DNA of 64,000 bases, from NCBI RefSeq assembly GCF_009914755.1, contig NC_060948.1. One strand, written 5' to 3'. The notes beneath the pieces were generated by a model. That model was not told the origin of the DNA, ran no database searches, and saw only the letters and a program-made list of their open reading frames with translations. The translations under genes were made by a program, and so were the position numbers. How positions within the stretch are numbered: position 1 is the first letter of the stretch; the number at the start of each line of letters is the position of its first letter. This DNA is from the human T2T-CHM13v2.0 reference genome, Homo sapiens. Positions 53,166 through 64,000 of this stretch are shown here, in pieces.

Positions 53166-56100
53166 CCTCTAATGGAATGGATTCGAGTGGAATGGAATCG
53201 AATATAATGGAGTCGAATGAAATGGAATTGAAAGGAATGGGATCGAATACAATGGAATATACTGGAATGTAATGTAATGAACTCGAATGTAATTGACTGG
53301 AATGGAATGTACATGAATGGAATGTAATCGAATGGAAAGTAATCCAATGGAATAGAATCTAATGCAATAAAATCGACTCAGATAGAGTAGAATGTAATGG
53401 AATGGAGTGCAGTGCAATGGAATGGAATGGAATGGAATGCAATGGAATGGAATGGAATGGAATGGAATGGAATGGAATGGAATGGAATGGTGTGGAATGG
53501 ATAGTAATGGACTGGAGTGAAATGGACTGGAAAGGAATGGACTCAAATTGAATGGGCTCGAAAGGAATGGAGTCAAATGGAATGGTCTGGAATGGAATGA
53601 ACACGAATGTAATGCAATCCAATAGAATGGAATCGAATGGCATGGAATATAAAGAAATGGAATCGAAGAGAATGGAAACAAATGGAATGGAATTGAGTGG
53701 AATGGAATTGAATGGAATGGGAACGAATGGAGTGAAATTGTATGCAGTAGAAGAGAATAGAATGGAATGCAAGCGAAAGGAAAGGAATGGATTGGAATGG
53801 AATGGAATTCATTGGAATGGAAGGGAATGTAGTGTAATGGACAGGCCTGGAATAAAGTGGAATGCTACGGTCTCGAATGGAATAAAAATGTATGGAATGG
53901 AATGCAATGAAACGGAATCGAATGTCATAGAATGTAATGGAATGCAACAAAATGGAATCCAAAATCATTGACTGGAAAGGCTGGGTGTCGAAAGGAATTG
54001 ACTCCAATGGAATGGAATCGAATGGAATGGAAGTGAATAGAATCGAACTAAATCGAATGGAATGGAACTGATAGGAACGGAATGGAGAGGAATGCAATGA
54101 TTTGGCATGGAATGCAATCGAATGGCATCGAATGGAATGGAATGGAATGCAATGGAATGGAATGTATTAGAATGTAATGAACTTTAATGGAATGTACTCG
54201 AATGGATTCGACTGGAATGGAATGTTCTGGAAGTGAATGGACTCCAATGGAATGGATTCCAAAGGAATGGAATCGTACGGAATGGAATCTAATGGAATGG
54301 AACTAAATGGAAATGAATCAAATTGAATAGCACGGAATTGAATTGAATGGAATGGAATGCAATGGAATCTAATGAAACGGAAAGGAAAGGAATGGAATGG
54401 AATGGAATGGGCTGGAATGGAAAGGAATCGAAACGAATGGAATGGAATCGAACTGAAGAGACTGGAATGGAATGCACTGGAATGGAAGGGAGTGTAATGG
54501 AAGGTTCTCGAAAAAAATGGAATCGAATGGAATGGAATTGAATGGAACGGAATAGAGTCGAATGGAATTGAATGGAATGGAATGGACTAGAGTGAAATGG
54601 AATCGAACCACAAGGAATGGACAGGAATAGAATGGTCTCGAATTGAATGGAATCGTATGGAATGGCATCAAACGGAATGGAATGGACAGCCACGGAATGG
54701 AATGCACTCGAATGCAATGGAGTCGAAACTAATGGACTGGAATAGAATGGACTCGACTGGTACGGACTCCAATGGAATGGAATCGAATGGAAGGGAATCG
54801 AACGGAATGGACTCGAAGGGAAAAGACTGCAATGGAAAGGTCTCGAATGGAATGGAAATTAATGGAATGGAATGGAATCGAATGAAATGGAGTCAAAAGG
54901 AATGGAATCGAATGGCAAGAAATCGAATGTAATGGAATCGCAAGGAATTGATGTGAACGGAACGGAATGGAATGGAATCCAAAGGAATGGAATAGAATGG
55001 AATGGAATCGAATGGAAAGGACTCGAATGGAAATCACTCGAATAGAATGCAATTTAATAAAATAGGATCAAATGTAATGGAATGGAATGGAAAGGAATCG
55101 AAACGAAAGGAATGGAGACAGATGGAATGGAATGGAACAGAGAGCAATGGTATAGAATGGAATGGAATCATCTGGAATGGAATTGAATGGAATGGAATAA
55201 TATGAAATGGAATGGAATGGAATGGAATGGAATGCCCTTGAATTAAATGGACTGGAGTGGAATGGACTCGAACAGAGTGGAATGGAAAGTGTTGAGATAG
55301 AATGGAATGGACTCGTTTGGAATGGTCTAGTATGCAATGCAATCGACTGGCAGGGAATCAAAAGGAATGTAATGGAATGGATTGGACTGGAATGCAATGG
55401 ACTCGAATAGATTGGAAACGGAATGCAAAGGAATGGAATGGAATAGTATGGAATGGAATGGAAAGGAATGGAGTGGAATAGACTAGAGTGGAATGGAATG
55501 GACTGGAAAGCAATAGACTGGAATGGAACTTTCTTGAATGGACTGGAATCAAACGGAATGGAATGCAATGCAATCAAATGGCATGGAATAAAATAGAATG
55601 AAAGAGAATCAAATGGAATTGAATCGAATGGAATCGAATGGATTGGAAAGGAATAGAATGGAATGGAATGGAATTGACTCAAATGGAATGGACTAGAATG
55701 GAATGGATTCGAATGGAAGGCAAAGGAATGGAATCTATTGGAATGGACTGTAATGGAATGGAATGGAAGGGATTGGAATGGACTCGAATGGAATGGACTG
55801 CAATAGAAAAGATTCGAATGGAATGAAAAAGAATTGAATGGAATAGAACAGAATGGAATCAAATCGAATGAAATGGAATGGAATAGAAAGGAATGGAATG
55901 AAATGGAATGGAAAGGATTCGAATGGAATGCAATCGAATGGAATGGAATCGAACGGAATGGAATAAAATGGAAGAAAACTGGCAAGAAATGGAATCGAAA
56001 TGAATGGAGTGTTATGGAACGGACTCAAAAGGAATTGAATGTAATAGAATGGAGTGGAGTGGACTCGAATATAATGGACTGGAATGGAATGAAATCACAT

Positions 56101-56724
56101 GGAATGGGAACGAATGGAATGGAATGGAAAGGAATGGAATCGAATGGAAAGGAATCGAATGGAAGGGAATGAAATTGAATCAACAGGAATGGAAGGGAAT
56201 AGAATAGACGGTAATGGAATGGACTCGAATTGAATGGACACGAATGCTCAAATTGAATGGACTCGAATGGAATGGAAACGAAAGGAATGTCATCGAATGG
56301 AATTGAATCGATTGGAATGAAATCGCATAGAATGGAGTGGAATCAAATGGAATTGAATCGAAAGGAAAGGAAGCGAATGGACTGAAATGAAATGGAATGG
56401 AATTGAATGGAAAGTAATGCAATGGAATAGAATGGAACGAAATTTCACGGAATGGAATCAAACTGAATGGAATCAAATCAATGGAATCTAATCAAATGGA
56501 ATGGAAAGGAATTGAATGGAGTAGATTGGATTGGATGGGATTGGAATGAAATGTACTGGAAAGGACTCGAATTTCATGAAACGGAATGGAATGAATTGGA
56601 ACGGAATGGACTCGAATGGAATGGAATGTCATGGAATGGCATCAAATGGAATGGCATCAAATGGAATGGAATCGAATGCAATGGAATGCTATGGAATGGA
56701 ATGGAATGCATTGGAATGGAATGT
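53166..56724 (+). repeat. DYZ1 unit 16 (3559 bp)
   Basis: Unit 3 at +46068. Confidence 0.93.
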
Positions 56725-59700
56725 CCTCTAATGGAATGGATTCGAGTGGAATGGAATCGAATATAATGGAGTCGAATGAAATGGAATTGAAAAGAATGGG
56801 ATCGAATACAGTGGAATATACTGGAATGTAATGAAATGAACTCGAATGTAATTGACTGGAATGGAATGTACATGAATGGAATGTAATCGAATGGAAAGTA
56901 AACCAATGGAATAGAAACTAATGCAATAAAATCGACTCAAATAGAGTAGAATGTAATGGAATGGAGTGCAGTGCAATGGAATGGAATGGAATGGAATGCA
57001 ATGGAATGGAATGGAATGGAATGGAATGGAATGGAATGGAATGGTGTGGAATGGATAGTAATGGACTGGAGTGAAATGGACTGGAAAGGAATGGACTCAA
57101 ATTGAATGGGCTCGAAAGGAATGGAGTCAAATGGAATGGTCTGGAATGGAATGAACACGAATGTAATGCAATCCAATAGAATGGAATCGAATGGCATGGA
57201 ATATAAAGAAATGGAATCGAAGAGAATGGAAACAAATGGAATGGAATTGAGTGGAATGGAATTGAATGGAATGGGAACGAATGGAGTGAAATTGTATGCA
57301 GTAGAAGAGAATAGAATGGAATGCAAGCAAAAGGAAAGGAATGGATTGGAATGGAATGGAATTCATTGGAATGGAAGGGAATGTAGTGTAATGGACAGGC
57401 CTGGAATAAAGTGGAATGCTACGGTCTCGAATGGAATAAAAATGTATGGAATGGAATGCAATGAAACGGAATCGAATGTCATAGAATGTAATGGAATGCA
57501 AAAAAATGGAATCCAAAATCATTGACTGGAAAGGCTGGGTGTCGAAAGGAATTGACTCCAATGGAATGGAATCGAATGGAATGGAAGTGAATAGAATCGA
57601 ACTAAATCGAATGGAATGGAATTGATAGGAACGGAATGGAAAGGAATGCAATGATTTGGCATGGAATGGAATCGAATGGCATCGAATGGAATGGAATGGA
57701 ATGCAATGGAATGGAATGTATTAGAATGTAATGAACTTTAATGGAATGTACTCGAATGGATTCGACTGGAATGGAATGTTCTGGAAGTGAATGGACTCCA
57801 ATGGAATGGATTCAAAAGGAATGGAATCGTACGGAATGGAATCTAATGGAATGGAATTAAATGGAAATGAATCAAATTGAATAGCACGGAATTGAATTGA
57901 ATGGAATGGAATGCAATGGAATCTAATGAAACGGAAAGGAAAGGAATGGAATGGAATGGAATGGGCTGGAATGGAAAGGAATCGAAACGAATGGAATGGA
58001 ATCGAACTGAAGAGACTGGAATGGAATGCACTGGAATGGAAGGGAGTGTAATGGAAGGTTCTCGAAAAAAATGGAATCGAATGGAATGGAATTGAATGGA
58101 ACGGAATAGAGTCGAATGGAATTGAATGGAATGGAATGGACTAGAGTGAAATGGAATCGAACCACAAGGAATGGACAGGAATAGAATGGTCTCGAATTGA
58201 ATGGAATCGTATGGAATGGCATCAAACGGAATGGAATGGACAGCCACGGAATGGAATGCACTCGAATGCAATGGAGTCGAAACTAATGGACTGGAATAGA
58301 ATGGACTCGACTGGTACGGACTCCAATGGAATGGAATCGAATGGAAGGGAATCGAACGGAATGGACTCGAAGGGACAAGACTGCAATGGAAAGGTCTCGA
58401 ATGGAATGGAAATTAATGGAATGGAATGGAATCGAATGAAATGGAGTCAAAAGGAATGGAATCGAATGGCAAGAAATCGAATGTAATGGAATCGCAAGGA
58501 ATTGATGTGAACGGAACGGAATGGAATGGAATCCAAAGGAATGGAATAGAATGGAATGGAATCGAATGGAAAGGACTCGAATGGAAATCACTCGAATAGA
58601 ATGAAATTCAATAAAATAGGATCAAATGTAATTGAATGGAATGGAAAGGAATCGAAACGAAAGGAATGGAGACAGATGGAATGGAATGGAACAGAGAGCA
58701 ATGGTATAGAATGGAATGGAATCATCTGGAATGGAATTGAATGGAATGGAATAATATGAAATGGAATGGAATGGAATGGAATGCCCTTGAATTAAATGGA
58801 CTGGAATGGAATGGACTCGAACAGAGTGGAATGGAAAGTGTTGAGATAGAATGGAATGGACTCGTTTGGAATGGTCTAGTAGGCAATGCAATCGACTGGC
58901 AGGGAATCAAAAGGAATGTAATGGAATGGATTGGACTGGAATGCAATGGACTCGAATAGATTGGAAACGGAATGCAAAGGAATGGAATGGAATAGTATGG
59001 AATGGAATGGAAAGGAATGCAGTGGAATAGACTAGAGTGGAATGGAATGGACTGGAAAGCAATGGACTGGAATGGAACTTTATTGAATGGACTGGAATCA
59101 AACGGAATGGAATGCAATGCAATCAAATGGCATGGAATAAAATAGAATGAAAGAGAATCAAATGGAATTGAATCGAATGGAATCGAATGGATTGGAAAGG
59201 AATAGAATGGAATGGAATGGAATTGACTCAAATGGAATGGACTAGAATGGAATGGATTCGAATGGAAGGCAAAGGAATGGAATCTATTGGAATGGACTGT
59301 AATGGAATGGAATGGAAGGGATTGGAATGGACTCGAATGGAATGGACTGCAATAGAAAGGATTCGAATGGAATGAAAAAGAATTGAATGGAATAGAACAG
59401 AATGGAATCAAATCGAATGAAATGGAATGGAATAGAAAGGAATGGAATGAAATGGAATGGAAAGGATTCGAATGGAATGCAATCGAATGGAATGGAATCG
59501 AACGGAATGGAATAAAATGGAAGAAAACTGGCAAGAAATGGAATCGAAATGAATGGAGTGTTATGGAACGGACTCAAAAGGAATTGAATGTAATAGAATG
59601 GAGTGGAGTGGACTCGAATATAATGGACTGGAATGGAATGAAATCACATGGAATGGGAACGAATGGAATGGAATGGAAAGGAATGGAATCGAATGGAAAG

Positions 59701-60273
59701 GAATCGAATGGAAGGGAATGAAATTGAATCAACAGGAATGGAAGGGAATAGAATAGACGGTAATGGAATGGACTCGAATAGAATGGACACGAATGCTCAA
59801 ATTGAATGGACTCGAATGGAATGGAAACGAAAGGAATGTCATCGAATGGAATTGAATCGATTGGAATGAAATCGCATAGAATGGAGTGGAATCAAATGGA
59901 ATTGAATCGAAAGGAAAGGAAGCGAATGGACTGAAATGAAATGGAATGGAATTGAATGGAAAGTAATGCAATGGAATAGAATGGAACGAAATTTCACGGA
60001 ATGGAATCAAACTGAATGGAATCAAACCAATGGAATCAAATCAAATGGAATGGAAAGGAATTGAATGGAGTAGATTGGATTGGATGGGATTGGAATGAAA
60101 TGTACTGGAAAGGACTCGAATTTCATGAAACGGAATGGAATGAATTGGAACGGAACGGACTCGAATGGAATGGAATGTCATGGAATGGCATCAAATGGAA
60201 TGGCATCAAATGGAATGGAATCGAATGCAATGGAATGCTATGGAATGGAATGGAATGCATTTTAATGGAATGT
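56725..60273 (+). repeat. DYZ1 unit 17 (3549 bp)
   Basis: Unit 4 at +46068 but without the terminal 15-bp deletion. Confidence 0.93.
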
Positions 60274-63200
60274 CCTCTAATGGAATGGATTCGAGTGGAA
60301 TGGAATCGAATATAATGGAGTCGAATGAAATGGAATTGAAAGGAATGGGATCGAATACAATGGAATATACTGGAATGTAATGTAATGAACTCGAATGTAA
60401 TTGACTGGAATGGAATGTACATGAATGGAATGTAATCGAATGGAAAGTAATCCAATGGAATAGAATCTAATGCAATAAAATCGACTCAGATAGAGTAGAA
60501 TGTAATGGAATGGAGTGCAGTGCAATGGAATGGAATGGAATGGAATGCAATGGAATGGAATGGAATGGAATGGAATGGAATGGAATGGAATGGAATGGTG
60601 TGGAATGGATAGTAATGGACTGGAGTGAAATGGACTGGAAAGGAATGGACTCAAATTGAATGGGCTCGAAAGGAATGGAGTCAAATGGAATGGTCTGGAA
60701 TGGAATGAACACGAATGTAATGCAATCCAATAGAATGGAATCGAATGGCATGGAATATAAAGAAATGGAATCGAAGAGAATGGAAACAAATGGAATGGAA
60801 TTGAATGGAATGGAATTGAATGGAATGGGAAGGAATGGAGTGAAATTGTATGCAGTAGAAGAGAATAGAATGGAATGCAAGTGAAAGGAAAGGAATGGAT
60901 TGGAATGGAATGGAATTCATTGGAATGGAAGGGAATGTAGTGTAATGGACAGGCCTGGAATAAAGTGGAATGCTACGGTCTCGAATGGTATAAAAATGTA
61001 TGGAATGGAATGCAATGAAACGGAATCGAATGTCATAGAATGTAATGGAATGCAAAAAAATGGAATCCAAAATCATTGACTGGAAAGGCTGGGTGTCGAA
61101 AGGAATTGACTCCAATGGAATGGAATCGAATGGAATGGAAGTGAATAGAATCGAACTAAATCGAATGGAATGGAATTGATAGGAACGGAATGGAAAGGAA
61201 TGCAATGATTTGGCATGGAATGGAATCGAATGGCATCGAATGGAATGGAATGGAATGCAATGGAATGGAATGTATTAGAATGTAATGAACTTTAATGGAA
61301 TGTACTCGAATGGATTCGACTGGAATGGAATGTTCTGGAAGTGAATGGACTCCAATGGAATGGATTCCAAAGGAATGGAATCGTACGGAATGGAATCTAA
61401 TGGAATGGAATTAAATGGAAATGAATCAAATTGAATAGCACGGAATTGAATTGAATGGAATGGAATGCAATGGAATCTAATGAAACGGAAAGGAAAGGAA
61501 TGGAATGGAATGGAATGGGCTGGAATGGAAAGGAATCGAAACGAATGCAATGGAATCGAACTGAAGAGACTGGAATGGAATGCACTGGAATGGAAGGGAG
61601 TGTAATGGAAGGTTCTCGAAAAAAATGGAATGGAATGGAATGGAATTGAATGGAACGGAATAGAGTCGAATGGAATTGAATGGAATGGAATGGACTAGAG
61701 TGAAATGGAATCGAACCACAAGGAATGGACAGGAATAGAATGGTCTCGAATTGAATGGAATCGTATGGAATGGCATCAAACGGAATGGAATGGACAGCCA
61801 CGGAATGGAATGCACTCGAATGCAATGGAGTCGAAACTAATGGACTGGAATAGAATGGACTCGACTGGTACGGACTCCAATGGAATGGAATCGAATGGAA
61901 GGGAATCGAACGGAATGGACTCGAAGGGAAAAGACTGCAATGGAAAGGTCTCGAATGGAATGGAAATTAATGGAATGGAATGGAATCGAATGAAATGGAG
62001 TCAAAAGGAATGGAATCGAATGGCAAGAAATCGAATGTAATGGAATCGCAAGGAATTGATGTGAACGGAACGGAATGGAATGGAATCCAAAGGAATGGAA
62101 TAGAATGGAATGGAATCGAATGGAAAGGACTCGAATGGAAATCACTCGAATAGAATGCAATTTAATAAAATAGGATCAAATGTAATGGAATGGAATGGAA
62201 AGGAATCGAAACGAAAGGAATGGAGACAGATGGAATGGAATGGAACAGAGAGCAATGGTATAGAATGGAATGGAATCATCTGGAATGGAATTGAATGGAA
62301 TGGAATAATATGAAATGGAATGGAATGGAATGGAATGCCCTTGAATTAAATGGACTGGAATGGAATGGACTCGAACAGAGTGGAATGGAAAGTGTTGAGA
62401 TAGAATGGAATGGACTCGTTTGGAATGGTCTAGTAGGCAATGCAATCGACTGGCAGGGAATCAAAAGGAATGTAATGGAATGGATTGGACTGGAATGCAA
62501 TGGACTCGAATAGATTGGAAACGGAATGCAAAGGAATGGAATGGAATAGTATGGAATGGAATGGAAAGGAATGCAGTGGAATAGACTAGAGTGGAATGGA
62601 ATGGACTGGAAAGCAATGGACTGGAATGGAACTTTATTGAATGGACTGGAATCAAACGGAATGGAATGCAATGCAATCAAATGGCATGGAATAAAATAGA
62701 ATGAAAGAGAATCAAATGGAATTGAATCGAATGGAATCGAATGGATTGGAAAGGAATAGAATGGAATGGAATGGAATTGACTCAAATGGAATGGACTAGA
62801 ATGGAATGGATTCGAATGGAAGGCAAAGGAATGGAATCTATTGGAATGGACTGTAATGGAATGGAATGGAAGGGATTGGAATGGACTCGAATGGAATGGA
62901 CTGCAATAGAAAGGATTCGAATGGAATGAAAAAGAATTGAATGGAATAGAACAGAATGGAATCAAATCGAATGAAATGGAATGGAATAGAAAGGAATGGA
63001 ATGAAATGGAATGGAAAGGATTCGAATGGAATGCAATCGAATGGAATGGAATCGAACGGAATGGAATAAAATGGAAGAAAACTGGCAAGAAATGGAATCG
63101 AAATGAATGGAGTGTTATGGAACGGACTCAAAAGGAATTGAATGTAATAGAATGGAGTGGAGTGGACTCGAATATAATGGACTGGAATGGAATGAAATCA

Positions 63201-63812
63201 CATGGAATGGGAACGAATGGAATGGAATGGAAAGGAATGGAATCGAATGGAAAGGAATCGAATGGAAGGGAATGAAATTGAATCAACAGGAATGGAAGGG
63301 AATAGAATAGACGGTAATGGAATGGACTCGAATAGAATGGACACGAATGCTCAAATTGAATGGACTCGAATGGAATGGAAACGAAAGGAATGTCATCGAA
63401 TGGAATTGAATCGATTGGAATGAAATCGCATAGAATGGAGTGGAATCAAATGGAATTGAATCGAAAGGAAAGGAAGCGAATGGACTGAAATGAAATGGAA
63501 TGGAATTGAATGGAAAGTAATGCAATGGAATAGAATGGAACGAAATTTCACGGAATGGAATCAAACTGAATGGAATCAAACCAATGGAATCAAATCAAAT
63601 GGAATGGAAAGGAATTGAATGGAGTAGATTGGATTGGATGGGATTGGAATGAAATGTACTGGAAAGGACTCGAATTTCATGAAACGGAATGGAATGAATT
63701 GGAACGGAACGGACTCGAATGGAATGGAATGTCATGGAATGGCATCAAATGGAATGGAATCGAATGCAATGGAATGCTATGGAATGGAATGGAATGCATT
63801 TTAATGGAATGT
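60274..63812 (+). repeat. DYZ1 unit 18 (3539 bp), unit 5/6-like
   Basis: Shares gggaaggaat, caagtgaaag and aatggtataa with units 5/6; 15-bp deletion near 63740. Confidence 0.93.
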
Positions 63813-64000
63813 CCTCTAATGGAATGGATTCGAGTGGAATGGAATCGAATATAATGGAGTCGAATGAAATGGAATTGAAAGGAATGGGATCGAATACAAT
63901 GGAATATACTGGAATGTAATGTAATGAACTCGAATGTAATTGACTGGAATGGAATGTACATGAATGGAATGTAATCGAATGGAAAGTAATCCAATGGAAT
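63813..64000 (+). repeat. DYZ1 unit 19 (partial, cut by window end)
   Basis: cctctaatgg at 63813 followed by the usual unit start. Confidence 0.92.

Larger units (their letters stand above)
1..64000 (+). repeat. DYZ1: DYZ1 / human satellite 3 (HSat3) tandem array, (GGAAT)n-derived, ~3.55-kb unit, Yq12 heterochromatin; purine-rich strand is +
   Basis: Continuous degenerate GGAAT/CGAAT pentamers. Unique landmarks (cctctaatgg, gacaggcctgg, ggctgggtgtcg, aatttaataaaatagg) recur every 3504-3563 bp, close to the established 3564-bp DYZ1 unit. One HaeIII and one EcoRI site per unit. DYZ1 primer sites match. Confidence 0.97.

Noticed and set aside
4-63994. Hundreds of 60-305 aa ORFs as genes
   Set aside because: They are low-complexity translations of GGAAT/ATTCC, which lacks stops in all frames. 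They overlap in all six frames, and their ends shift with every 5-bp indel, so no frame is conserved.
1-64000. CRISPR array or other repeat-spacer system
   Set aside because: No unique spacers; all sequence is periodic at 5 bp and ~3.55 kb, with no associated genes.
1-64000. HSat2, autosomal HSat3 or an SCA31-type expansion
   Set aside because: The ~3.55-kb period, single HaeIII site and primer-site matches indicate DYZ1. The recurrent CATTCGATTC/GATGAT pattern typical of HSat2 is not dominant, and the repeat is too diverged for a simple expansion.
1-64000. DYZ2 (HSat1B/Alu) block, retrotransposon insertion or inversion
   Set aside because: No AT-rich or Alu segment, no unit longer than 3563 bp, and no switch to the ATTCC strand was seen.

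Overview
The whole 64-kb window is one uninterrupted, single-orientation tandem satellite array built on the GGAAT pentamer. It is human satellite 3 of the DYZ1 family (Yq12 heterochromatin), identified by its ~3.55-kb unit, one EcoRI and one HaeIII/StuI site per unit, and exact matches to the classic DYZ1 sexing primers as I recall them. There are 18 complete units (3504-3563 bp) and one partial unit. I see no genes, transposons, DYZ2/Alu blocks or inversions; all ORFs are translations of the pentamer. I found no new protein-coding system. The informative structure is: (i) a 13-unit, 46,068-bp super-repeat (units 1-4 recur as units 14-17 at roughly 99.9% identity by eye); (ii) nested single-unit duplications, chimeric units and apparent gene conversion; (iii) 2-3 perfect in-register heat-shock elements per unit, one of them polymorphic; (iv) four conserved breaks in the 5-bp register; (v) one unit with three homopolymer deletions that may be assembly errors. 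All comparisons were made by eye and with ORF-track offsets, not by alignment.
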